Below are positions 11,780-24,332 of a DNA stretch of 51,706 nucleotides, piece after piece. Source of the DNA: Parasitella parasitica NRRL 2501 (Eukaryota > Fungi > Mucoromycota); the NCBI GenBank assembly GCA_025201805.1, contig MU619275.1, positions 181,993 to 233,698 on the forward strand, given 5' to 3'. Position 1 is the first letter of the stretch, and each line of letters opens with the position of its first letter. The position numbers and the translations under genes were made by a program. Below the pieces are notes generated by a model. It worked only from the letters and a program-made list of their open reading frames with translations. It did no database searches and had not been told where the DNA came from.

Positions 11780-12850
11780 ATGGTTTTTGGTAACCGTTCT
11801 CCTCAGTCACAAGTGTCATCTTCTTCGTCCTCCACAAAAGCATTGAGCAGAGGAAATCATATAAAACCGCTGGAAATTTTGACCAACGCTTTTGCATCTG
11901 TTTCCAACGCAGCGCCAATGTCCGGATCAATACCGTTCCCTTTTAATCAAGAGCAAAGCCTAGCAATAACCATGAAGAGAATAAAGACAAGTGACAGCAT
12001 GTTGGACTTGAGCGACCCTCAAACCTATCGGCCCAAGTTGCATGGTATTCATGTGGATGCGATTCTGCAGCAAGCTACATGTTCCGGATGGCTGAACAAG
12101 CATCGTGCACCTACATTTTCGTTCATGAAAAATATCAAAAGGCGCTATGTAGTGCTTGTCGACCGTATGCTCTATGCGTTCAAGTTGGAAACACCAGATA
12201 CCTACCGGGAATTCCTGGAGCTGACAAAAAATACACATGCATTTGTAACAGATCAATTTGCCGGCGAACTATTTTGCATTGAAATCAGAAAAGTGGGCCC
12301 CGACGACACCTGCAGTTGGTTCCTCCAGGCAGATGATGCTGAATCAATGAAACTCTGGCTAAATCGAATCAAGAAAACCGTCGCGTTACTCCGTGCTGGC
12401 ACTAGCGATAACACTACCATTACTGAGGAAAGCTTGGCAACAATTACAACCGAAGACGAAGAATATGCTCGTATTGCCCACAATGTAAAGAAGCAAGTCA
12501 TATACAGCTCACCAGCATCCAGCCAAAGCAACGTATCTTTAAGCGACAGTAATAGCTGGCCTCATTCGCTAAGTTCATCGTTTATTACGACAAGCATAAA
12601 TCCAGTACAGCCCATCACTCATTCTAATAACATGGAAAATGAATCCATACTCTCTTTTGCATCATCCGATTACTCGTCTATTCTGGATATAAATCCTAGC
12701 TTCAACAGCTCAAGAAAATCATCTTTAAGAGTGGCTAGACCCAGTTTATCATCATCATCAACAAACTATTCTCTGCCAGCAGTGCTACCACCACAATTAC
12801 CGCCGCCTAAATCTCAACCACCACCTATTCCTTCATATGCCTTTTTATAA
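11780..12850 (+). CDS. PH-domain protein with Ser-rich and Pro-rich tail
   Basis: SGWLNKH...KRRYVVL...LYAFK...WFLQADDAESMKLWLNRIK is a PH fold; C-terminal PPQLPPPKSQPPPIP. First ATG at 11780. Confidence 0.85.
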   Translation: MVFGNRSPQSQVSSSSSSTKALSRGNHIKPLEILTNAFASVSNAAPMSGSIPFPFNQEQSLAITMKRIKTSDSMLDLSDPQTYRPKLHGIHVDAILQQATCSGWLNKHRAPTFSFMKNIKRRYVVLVDRMLYAFKLETPDTYREFLELTKNTHAFVTDQFAGELFCIEIRKVGPDDTCSWFLQADDAESMKLWLNRIKKTVALLRAGTSDNTTITEESLATITTEDEEYARIAHNVKKQVIYSSPASSQSNVSLSDSNSWPHSLSSSFITTSINPVQPITHSNNMENESILSFASSDYSSILDINPSFNSSRKSSLRVARPSLSSSSTNYSLPAVLPPQLPPPKSQPPPIPSYAFL

Positions 12851-14600
12851 GACAACATTCCATTTTATTTGTATATACTCTTCAATAATAAAATCATTCT
12901 TCCATTACAACCCATTCATACTAGAGCATTAGTCTGCACTAATGAATTCGCTATTCAGACATCTCTATAAATAGTCAATCAAACAAACTACTGACTTTGC
13001 AAATCTTCTTTCGGGATTACATTACTCTGCTTGATTCTGATTTCGGTTAATTATTTAAACTCATTATCGACTACAATGCTGAAGCCGTCCTATCAACACA
13101 AGCAATGTTTTTGAAAAATAATTATATACTGACGCATGATTAAACCGCATTCAAGGTACGACAAACGTATAGTTGATTTGCACGACATTATGGCATTACT
13201 CGACGCTCTCTAATATGTCCGTGATACATATCAAACCGCAACCAGTCATCACTGATGACCAAATCATCACAAACTTGCTTGATCAAACACGCCATGCACT
13301 ATCATTATGAAAATGCATATATATATTATTCAACAGACTATAAATGTATCACAGCATACTAATGGAGTTGAAAATTCAGTACCAGTGGTGCTCAGAGTCC
13401 GATGCTGACAATACATTATACAAAAAAACTGCCTTTATTTGATGGCCATGTTAACAGCATATGTAAATAAGGAGCTGAAACGTGGTTCTTTGAATACAAC
13501 CTTCAGGAGGGAAAAAGAAAGTAATACGCGAAAAAAAAATGGGACGACAAAAAGCAACATTATACCAAGATTGCAACATGGCAACCCCCTGTTCTTGCTT
13601 CGACGTAATGTCAAAGAACAAAAAACCCGCCACCAAAGGCCTCCGCCGCCTTTTGCCTCCGCACAAACAGGCTTTTTTAACAAACAATTAGAACCACTTG
13701 CCTAAAATAGATTCTAGTTCTATTTATGAAAAAGATCTGCCTCAGGGGTAATACAACACTATAAAGTTCGCTTTCAAACTACGAAAAGGTTAAACTGTAT
13801 TATAGCAACGTGTTGGCATACTAAACAGGTACTTTCTGTGTGCCTGTGATTATTTCATGCTCGTGTGAAGCGCATCTGAAAAACCTGATAATATAGTGTT
13901 AAGGCCTATATTTATGTGTAAACTTAGAAAAAAGAAGGCGGATAACCTATCATTGTTGGTTAATATAGAACAATCCATCAGATTACGATAGTGCGCAATA
14001 CTCTAATTGGACATGTAGTTAAAACACATTCAAGATTTTGCTGAAAATTTTGTAACAACGGAAAAAATCAGCAGACCCTTTCTGGTCTTTTTTTTCTGAG
14101 TCAACATGAAGCTGAAATAATACACCATGCAGCGAAGAAATCAATCTGACATATCCATGTGTTTTTTTTTAACAGCTTTTCTTGGCAGTATACATCCTGT
14201 ATGTTCAAGAAATTACAAAACTCTTTGAAGCGAAAAATGCAACTAGATTTAAAATAAAAAGACCTAAATAATCGTAGGAATACAATGATATGGCACGTAT
14301 CATTGGGAGTTGTGGGATGAAAAAGCGGAAACAAAAGTCTTTGTAGTACACTTCTTTTTTTTTTTTTTTNNNNNNNNNNNNNNNNNNNNNNNNNNNNNNN
14401 NNNNNNNNNNNNNNNNNNNNNNNNNNNNNNNNNNNNNNNNNNNNNNNNNNNNNNNNNNNNNNNNNNNNNNNNNNNNNNNNNNNNNNNNNTTCTTTTTCTT
14501 CTTTTTCTGCTTAATTGTCACTTCATCTCTTTTCTCTTGTGTGCCCCCTTTCCTTATCCTTTCCTTTCAATTTTATTACTCTTACTCTCATTCTCCCATA

Positions 14601-15066
14601 ATGACTTCTATACTGCAAGAACAGCCAGTACATACACCACATTCTTGGTCTCAGCAATTGGCTGACGATAATGCGGTACAAGTCGATAGTCACCACCATC
14701 AGCACGAACAAGATTTGGACGACGTGCAGGCAGATAGCAACTCAGGCACCAATTCAACCCCACCTGTTCGTAAAAGAACAAGAGCTACTGCAGATCAATT
14801 ATCCGTTTTGGAAGATACATTTGCAGTAAATGTCAGCCCAAATTCCAAGTTGAGAAAGCAATTAGCCGAGCAACTTCAAATGAGTGAAAGGTCAATTCAA
14901 ATATGGTTTCAAAACAGAAGAGCAAAGGTTAAACATATGCAAAAACGAGCTCAAATGCAAATGCATCAAGCATCTATCCGAGCTCAATTGTATCAGTATC
15001 ACCAACAACAACAACATCAATACGGCCAACCTTTGTTACCAATGCAACCAAACTCATCTGTCACTG

Positions 15067-15097
<31 letters not shown>

Positions 15098-16755
15098 ATA
15101 CCAACATCCTTATTACTATTCGAATGCTGCGACTCGCTTAGCTATTCATACAAGAGCTCAAAGCGTGGATGCTGTACAATATAATAATGCTAAAATGTTG
15201 AATCTACATCAGCAGCATCAACTACAGCCTCAAAACATGTTGTTTACACCTGCCTCGTCTGTCCCTCCTCCTCCCTTTACCACCACGGATACACAATATA
15301 GTATAACTCCCCCTCCCCCACCTCCAATGTCATATCCCTCATACTATGGCCATCAACAACCTAGCTCTGCGTCTTCTTCTGCATCTTCTTGGCCTGCTCA
15401 TCTCCAAGATGACTTGCCGCTGACGAGACAGAGCATGCCCCCTCAAGTCTATCCGTACGACTTTAATACTTCAGCGGAACAATCTTCTATTGGCGTAGAG
15501 TTTCCCGAATACTTGCATGGCCAAGTATCTCCTTCTCCTAGTCCTTTTCATCAACAGCAAAAGTTGAATGCTGCTATTCCAGCCTTGATTTCTGTTCCTG
15601 ACGCTGGTCCAACTGCTATTTTAGCTTCAAATCTGACTCATTCTAATGACAGTAGCCCAACTCCTGCTGCTACCTTCTCAACATCACCAGGTAACTTTAT
15701 AATCTAGTGCCTTTTTAATACGGCTTACTAATATCTCTGTCTACGTAGAAGCCTCAAGCAGTAATTTAGACGTATCAACCATTGATCCCTCTAATTTAAT
15801 TATGCCTACAGCTGTTGGTGCTGATAAAACCGCAGATGAAAGCGCTGCCAAGAAAGAACCTTCAGCTACACCTGAAAATAGCAGCGTCAAAGATGAAGCT
15901 CTGCAGCAGCAACAGCCATCTAAAGAGGATGAAGAGCCCAAAGATTTATACCTTAGTGCCACAACATTAACTGTTGGTACATGGCATCGTCTCAAGATGC
16001 ATGAAACAGATCTTGTCTGCGTATATCGACCAGATACCAGAACGTTTGCCTGGCATATTGTTGATGGTGGTTGTCATTTCAAGATGGAAGTCGCTCAAAA
16101 AGCCGTTTCAAGCATTGAATTTGTATTTGATCAACATGAGGCACTAGCCGACGTTCATTTTGATATAAGTGAGCCGCCTTTATTCTACATGGAATCAACC
16201 ACAACTGCTGCTACAGCCTGCGCCACAACCTCCACGATACCAGTAGATGAATCATCAAACACCACCACCAACAAGAAAAAGAAGATTATCGCTACCAACA
16301 AGAAAAACGAAGATGGCGATAACCTTGAGGACGAAAAGCTTACCCAGGCTCCATCGCCCATGTGGGTTCAATGCTCTGATTTCACAGAAGGAAAACAGGC
16401 CTCTCGGTTCTTCCGACATACATTAAAAGGTGTTGCTCATCATATGAGACAAGAGCTTTTAGCGCTTATTCATAACCATGAAGAAACTAGACGCTTTGTT
16501 CATTTTATCGGGCCACAGCAATATCAATCAATGTACCAGCCTATTGTGGACTCGCAAGCTGCTTCTGACAGTCATCCCCAACATTTCGCTCATCATCCTC
16601 ATCATTACCTTCATCGTCGTATTCAGCAGCATTCGCCTGCCAATGAAGAGCATTTATTATTTCAAGCTGCTACTGCTGGATTCATGAACCCAAACATGTA
16701 TTGGCCAAATCAACCAGCAAACGAGCCTGTTGCTTGTGAATTGTACATGAACTAA
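14601..16755 (+). CDS. Homeodomain transcription factor (Phx1/HOY1/Pah1-like architecture), 2 exons
   Basis: RKRTRAT...LRKQLAEQLQMSERSIQIWFQNRRAKVK; intron 15691-15748; C-terminal domain LTVGTWHR...PPLFYME...WVQCSDFTEGKQAS. Confidence 0.9.
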
Positions 16756-17973
16756 GCTTTGTGCCTGTATTTTTCTCTATTTTTTTTTTTCAATTTTTTT
16801 TTTGTACGTGTGGTGTGTATCTTTCTCCCCCTCCCTCCCCCCTATATCTCTTTTCTATAGTGTACCATATTTTATTCTTCCTTCTTTTGATAAACAATAA
16901 ACAAACAATATAAACTGAACCCCTTAAACCAACCTTTTGTTTTTTAAAAAAAACAAGTTTATTAGTGTGCACCGTTAGTAACAACAAGATTCAGCTTACA
17001 ACCTGTTAAACAAGTTCTCTGTATCATGTTACAGCATGCGAAAAGGTACGCTGAGTGGCGTCATGAATTTCATTTTGAAAACCCTACTAGTAACTTTAGC
17101 AGCAGGTTCTGTAAGATCATGTAAATCCGTATCAAAGGAATCAGATAAGCGACTGGGAGAACTCTCCTGTAGCAGTGTATTAAATGATACAATGTCTTGG
17201 AATCAGACTTGGAGTTCTACGGTATTAATTAAAATAAAAATAGATTTTTTAACCCCCTAAAATAATAATGTCAAAAAGATACTGATAAAGAGTTGCTAAT
17301 TGACAAAGTTTCCTTCTATTGCTTCATTTTCCCTGCATTTTAGTAAGTTGTGTTCCAGAGGCAGTACCTAAAGGTTTTTTTTTATTTTATCAGTAATAAA
17401 GCAATACACCGAGTCAAACATTCAGGGCAAATACATTCTAGAACTGAAAGTCGTTTTTCAGTTCCCCACCATCATAAATCTAAACTATCGCTCATGTATT
17501 TCGTGTGTCCTAAATTTTGTTAATGTAATGATAGCAAGATTGTTTATTTCTCTACATCTCATATCTTGCTTCTGAATAATATTTACAAATGAATATAGAA
17601 GGGCATTTCCGGAAATGTAATTATGCTCAGACCTTCATGAACCGTTGTTATCAGCGAATCCCAAAGACATAGATATCGGTCAAATAGTATTGAAAGAACC
17701 GAATGATTGGGATAATTTCATTTTCCTATTTTGATTCTTCCAAGTAACTTTGTGCGTGTATTCGAAATCACCCTATTTCATCACCAATCAAGGGTAAGAA
17801 ACTTGATGATTTTATCTGTCGAAGCCATAGACCATACTTCGGTTTCAAACCAATAAAAGCGTTAATTTAAAATCAGGTTTATTTAAATTTACAAGTGCAC
17901 TGTTTAACGATGCAATACCAAACGCGAATAAAAATATAGTACAAAAAAAAAAGAAGACATGTAAACGATAAGG

Positions 17974-19954
17974 CTATTCCTCGGTTGTCTCGACCGGACC
18001 TTTGTATGACTTACGACCAGAAACAAACCAAAACATGACTGAAAAGCCCATGATGCCACAGATCATGACTGATGCCCAGTTCATTGTATCAGCAGCGACA
18101 GGAGAGACTGATGGAATACAAAGAATGACGCCAAAGAATACGACCCAAACACAGCTGATGACGTTAAGCGGAATGCTCAATTTCCCCAAGTTGAAAGGAC
18201 CTTTGGGCATGTCATTTCTCACCCAAATAAGACGACACAGCAATGGCAGACCGTACGAAACGTTAATAGAGATAACAGCTGCGCTCATGATAGCTTGCCA
18301 GTACACTTCAGATCCAAAACTCTGCATGCATATAACCAAATCATTAGTATCAAATTAGCTCTTTCCATGTAAAAATAACTTACAGGCATAATAAGGATAA
18401 TTGAAATAAGCAGCTGCAATATCAAGGCGTTTGTAGGGACATTCGTCTTGGGGTCAAGTTTATACCAAATCTTGGAGTAAGGGAAGCAGCCATCTCTGCT
18501 GAGAGCCCAAAAAATGTGAACAGTTGCCAAAATTGAATTACAAAGAGAGCAGAATTGGGCAACCAGCATAATTACCAAGAAGAATACGCACAACTTGTCG
18601 TTTGTAGCTTGAGTAAAGAAAGTAGCGATTGGCATGCTGGAATTGACGATTGCATCAACATCTTGAATAGAGAAAAGCGTGATGAGGATAAGTGCAAAAC
18701 CTTGGACAACTGCACTGACAATACAGATGATGATGCCTTGCATAGACAGCAAATTTAGCGATGCTTGTTATATAATATGCATAAGATTTACCGCTTCTAC
18801 TTACCGCGTGGGGCTGTAACATCTGCTCTCTTTGTCCCTTCTACAATTTGAGCACCACATTCATAGCCCAGTGGAGAAAAACGAAGATGTTAAGTCTTTA
18901 TGCTATTTGCAGCTATCATCGTCATCTTAAAAAAGGATTTAATACTTATCTAATGTCCATCCACTTTGAAGCTACATAAGAAGAGCATGCAAAAATTAGT
19001 ATTTCAAGCTATAATAGGATCGTTTGCACACGACTTACCAATCCAAGTAGAAACGCCATTCCCTTATTATCGTAGCCAGTACGGTTAATAAATTCAGTAA
19101 ACACCCATTTAGCGCTTTGGTGAGTAGGAGCCATAGCAGGAACACAGCAGATTATGATAAGTGTGCCAATGCCAACCCAAAATATAATGAATTTGTTCAT
19201 GAGGGAACTAAACTTCATGCCCAGCCAGTTGCAGAACGTAGCAAAGATGAATATGCCACAATAAAGCCCAACATACGCTCCTTGAGAAGTGATCTGCGAA
19301 ACATTGAGGACGTTTGCAATCCCAAAAATGAAGTCAACACTGGACCACGCAAGAGTGATGTTGGCTGTGACCAAACCTATACAATATACATAACCACTGA
19401 TCCATGCCATGACTATGCATATAGAGGACAATAAGGACACAACATTATACACTCTATATTTTTCTCAATGGTTGCTTTCTTACATGGACCCCATTTCTTA
19501 TTACTCAATAAGAACGACCAAGAATACACACCGCCAGCTAGTGGATAAGCAGATATGACTTCGGCCATAGAGAAAGCAATACATAAAACGAATGGCACCA
19601 CGACAATCCAACCCCAAAATAAAGACGAAGGTCCACCCGCTACCATGCTACCACCAAAGCCCACCATCCAGTTGGGAAGAATGCCCATGGTCGTAAATCC
19701 AAAGCCTGCCTGGACAAACAGGCTGATTTCGCGCTTGAATTCTTGCTTGTAGCCCAAATCTCGTAGTCGCTGAGCATCATAGTCCAGGTTGCTGGATTCA
19801 ACATGTTGAATATCTAATTTTTCGTCTGAACCTGCCTTCCCTGCATCCTATATACATATGACAGGATGTTGGCCATATTGAGGATATAAATATAAAGTGC
19901 CATATTTACTGTAACCACATTCATGTTATCTTCGATTTTATCGTGCTCAACCAT
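17974..19954 (-). CDS. APC-superfamily amino acid/GABA/choline permease (7 exons, one AT-AC intron)
   Basis: LGYKQEFKREIS, GGPSSLFWGW, SMAEVISAYPLAGGVYSW, WTLVGYECGA, SRDGCFPYS, GPFNLGK and MNWAS motifs of the UGA4/HNM1/TPO5 family. Confidence 0.93.
18871..18949 (-). other. Non-canonical AT-AC intron (79 nt) following a 22-nt micro-exon (18950-18971)
   Basis: Minus strand ...TGGACATTAG|ATAAGTATT...GACTTAAC ATCTTCGTTTTTCTCCAC|TGGGCTATGAA. Splicing here restores LQSGWTLVGYECGAQ. Confidence 0.85.
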
Positions 19955-20830
19955 TTTATCTGTAATGTAGAAAAAAAAACAAATAGAGAGAGATACTAGG
20001 CAAACTTTGATTTTTATACAACAAGTGTCTACTGGTTTTCTATCTCACATCTCACATTACATACGACGAAACTCACATACACACGCTTATAAGCTTAAGA
20101 GTTTTTTGACACTGTATTTGCATATCTAATCGATAGATGTAGAACCTTAATTCACTACTAGATGGAAATAGCTGTTTATGGTTCAAATAGCTACCTTATA
20201 TATCCACAATGTAACCCTAGATGACAAATATTATTTCCAAACAAGAACTTTTGTTGTTTTTTCTTTAGGCCGTGGGTTATGTTTTCTCCTGTAAAGCACT
20301 ACATATATGCTCCGTAATACGCGAAAACTGCTTATTGAATGGTCGATATACCAATCACCGAGCTTTCGCTGATAGCGTTATCTTGATAGTTCGTATCCAT
20401 ATCATATACGAAAGCGGGTTAAATGTTTAAACTCTGACCGTGAGAGTTATCTTTCAGAATGGCAGCGAAGTATCAAAATGGAATGACTAAACTAGGCCAA
20501 CTCGCAACATTTGGCTAGAATAATGTGGCTATGACATGCTTGTCTCGAATGCATATATGAGAAAAATGCTAAAAATTATACGAGAGGATAGCACAATAGC
20601 TTAGATTACGTTGAGATGCTCTAGATTCGGTGATATTACATTGAACACCCTGATATACTAAGAAATGGCGACAATGATAAAACAATCACGCGGCTCAAGT
20701 GCAATCGTTTGGCGTTTCGCATTCACACGATCTGGATCTTTAAGTGTGTAAATATACACATGTGAATGGCAGATTTCTTTGAGATACAATTTCTGGAGGG
20801 CGGGGGGGGGGTTTTATTTGTTTATTTCAG

Positions 20831-23315
20831 TTATTTCGATTTATGTACCTTTCTTACATGGGATTGGAGCGAGGGTCTGTGGGCAAACTTCCTATCGCAC
20901 TTTGCACAGTAGAAATCCGGATGCGATAGATCAATTTTTGCATCTGGAAAGAGTATCTCTGTCTTTCTACGACGTATTAATGGCATAGAATCTTCTCTGC
21001 AATGATAACGATGCTTTCTATAGTCCTCGGTCGTTGACTTTTTACAGATCATGCAATAAAAGTTTGGTTCAAGTGCTTTGCGCTTCCGTTCATATGCCAA
21101 ATCAAGAGAGTGTTCAGTCAAAAGATGCACGCGATATGTGGAGCGAGAGGCATGTTTATAATCACAAGAACGACAGTAAAAGTTGGGATCATTTACATCA
21201 GGTTGTAATTGGGATTTGTTGGGTCTTTCTCTTGTCTTCTTAGGCCTTTTTGGTGGGAGTGGTGCTTCTGTTTTGTGCATCAATACCATGTGTTTTCGAA
21301 AATACGAGCAAGTGCTTAGAATCTTATGGCAGATATTGCAGTAATATGGATGACTACTGGGATCAGTTGGAGACGACTGCTTCTTTAATGTTTTGAAGCT
21401 AGGCAGTTGACTCATGATATGAACTCTTCGCAAATGCATTACGTAGATATGTCTTTTTGTATAGGTCTTATCACACGTTCTGCAATAGTTGTTCAGATCG
21501 AGTGGATCGGGAATTAGGTCTGGATTAGCATTGGGACCTACATACAGCGACGGGAGTACCATATCATGGACAGCGCGGCAATGATAGCGATGGTTTGTCT
21601 TATTTGAGTTTGATTTACGGCAGACTCTGCAGTAAAAATTGGGGTCATCTGGATCTGGTAGCTCTGCCTTTGTATTGGTGGGCTCTCTAATGTCACCGTC
21701 AGAGTCCAGCTTGTGAATCTGGATACAGTGCATTTCGAATCCCTTTATCGTCGAAAACCTGTAATTGCAAGCTTTGCAATAGTTGTCGGGATCGTTAAAG
21801 TCAGGGAGAACATCAAAGTTGAAGACTTTGATTTTATGGCGAGATTTCAGATGGTTTTTGTACCATTTCCGACAGAGAAACTTCATGTCGCATGGAAGAC
21901 AGTAATTGTTAGGGTCGTCAGGATTAGGCTTCAAGGCATGGTTCGCTGCAGGGCCTACAACGTATGGCTCATGTCGAATGCGAAGATGGGAATGATACCG
22001 AGTTTTGGTTTTGTAACTAATGTTACAAGCACAGCAACGGAAATTTGGATCGTCCACATCAGGTGTAACATCCAAGATCTTTCGTTTGAAGGGTGTAGTG
22101 ATTATGTGATGGACATCTTTCAGATGGGCTCGATAGTCTTGTATGGTGGCAGAGGTTATTCGACAGACTCGGCAATAATGGTTGGGGTCTTCAGGATCAG
22201 GGACCTCCTCTGTATTTATTTGCTTTTTGGTTTTTTCAATCAATGGCTTCAGCACCATATGATGAATAGCTCTCAAGTGCTGTCTGTATTTTCGACGGTT
22301 CTCGTGGCTCTCTTCGCATGAACGACAGTAGAAATTGGGATCATTGACACTGGGCTCCAAACCGTGATGCTTAATTTTTCTCTCTCTTTCTTTATGACTG
22401 ATTGAATGCGCTGTTTTTCTATGCTCCAAATAGGAGAGATAGGTTGTTTCCTCCACATTGCATTTCTTGCATGTGTAGTAATAGGCCAAGTCTCCGTCCC
22501 CTCGGTTATTATTGGGAGCTATAAGCGGATAAAATCTGTTTACTATTCTTTCATGCATCTGCAACTGTGTCCAGCAAATTACCAGCATGTACACTTAGAA
22601 TGCTTGTTGGCTTTTCTGTTTCTTCTCGCTTGAACCTGATTTGGTTTTCTTCTGCTATATCTGTTTCCTCTTCTCCTTCCTCTTTGTCTATATGAGTGCT
22701 GCATTGGCTTTTGTCTAGATTGAGATATATTTCAACGCTTTGGTCGTCTTCTGCCGTATCAGCATTATTGCGTGAAGTTTCTTGCTTGAGACCTGCCTCC
22801 AAAATTCCTTCTTCTGGCTCCATGTCAGTTTGACTATCTGTTGTCTTTCTCTTGAGATCAACAACCGCTTCCTGTTTTTCTTTCTCTATGCTGAGGAACT
22901 TGTCGATCTGCTCTATCTTGAAATTGATTTCAATGGCTTCTTTTTTCGCCTCGTCCTCCTCCCACACTTCTTCTCCGTCTTCTACTTCCGCTTCCTTGTC
23001 TTGGCTTTCTTCCATGTCAGTATGGTATTCAAAATCAGGGGTGTGTTCAATTGACTTTATCTTGTGAGTTAAAAACACGCAATCTTTTGCAGCGGATGAC
23101 TCTCTAGATGAGTATTCTAACAATTCATCTATCTCTTCTTCTTTTATGTTAAGGCTCTTATGGATCATTCTGTCGACTTGGTGGTCTGAAGAGTTGTCAA
23201 CGTAAACCGCGTTATCAAAAATGCTTGCAACTGTAGATGAATCTGTTACAGGCCACGCTGGAGAAGGGTCTTCTTGTTTCTTGACAGCAATGTTCCTTCC
23301 TCGTCTAAGTTTCAT
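20831..23315 (-). CDS. Multi-C2H2 zinc-finger protein (~12 spaced fingers, most preceded by PDxxDPNxY) with acidic N-terminus
   Basis: Repeated PD(P/V)xDPN(F/N/H)YCxxC-x12-HxxxxH units. The acidic N-terminal ORF (22551-23321) joins through a short intron or frameshift near 22540-22592; junction unresolved. Confidence 0.85.
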
Positions 23316-24332
23316 GTTCAACTAAAACTTCTTAAATGTCAAAAAAAAACCACCACACAATTAGGGTAGGCATTTTTTTTTTCTTGCAAGTGCCCACAAG
23401 TCACTGTGTGCACACAAAGGGGGCAAGCATACACCTACAATGCTTGCGTTATTAAAACAAAAACCTTCAAGAGTATGTTTCGTTCTAAACAACGAGTAAA
23501 TCTCTTGTGATTAGTTGACCTTACGCTGAGCTTTTAATGATTTAATTTGGCAGCTTATAGAAGTTTCTTTTCCCATGATTCTTATCTCTCTCTTGCTACA
23601 CAACCCCTTGAATTTCATGTTTGAAGATAGATCTATGCGGCTTGGCAAAACATCTATGTTGATTAAAGTGGGATTTCTAACCTCGTTCGTAAATGAAATG
23701 AGTATTTAAAAGACTTTTGCTTCAATTAACCGTTATTTGCTAACTATCATGTATGTACTTTGTATATATTCTCTCACTTTTCTTTGCAAATCTCCGCTTG
23801 AATGCGACAAACTCAAGCTTCAAAAAACTTGAAATACATGTACTCTCAAATTGCACAGCATCCTCAAAGCATTTCACATTTAAAATCGGTAACATTATAG
23901 TATTTTCCAAAGATAAACACATAATATAAACAGTCAAACCAAATGTCTTATTATGATGGTTTTTGTTATTCTTGTGAAAGCCAAACAGACCAACAACAGG
24001 ATGTTTAAGGTAATACCAAAGCTTACGCTATTAACACTAGTCCTTATTACTATTATTTTATGTCTTCATCAAAATTCATTAAATAAAGACTGCTTTAAAT
24101 TGATCCTTGGAGATTGAATCAGGCACTGAATAAGATGTCAAGTGTGCCGACACCATGGACAGCCAAAGTGAACAAACACACATTTGATCAGCCATGGAGT
24201 ATGCAGTGCAAAAATATCCACTTTAGATTTCAAGAAAAAAACTGAATGAAAAAATAGAAATAATGGCTTGTTTCTTTGGTTTTATGATTCGCGTTTCTGT
24301 TTTTTTTCCTATGCGACGATATCCTTTTACTC

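Noticed and set aside
12900-13705. Coding-like stretches and short ORFs downstream of the PH gene
   Set aside because: No coherent frame, splice pattern or known motif.
14310-14600. N-terminal extension of the homeobox ORF
   Set aside because: Runs through poly-T and an N-gap; ATG 14601 is the plausible start.
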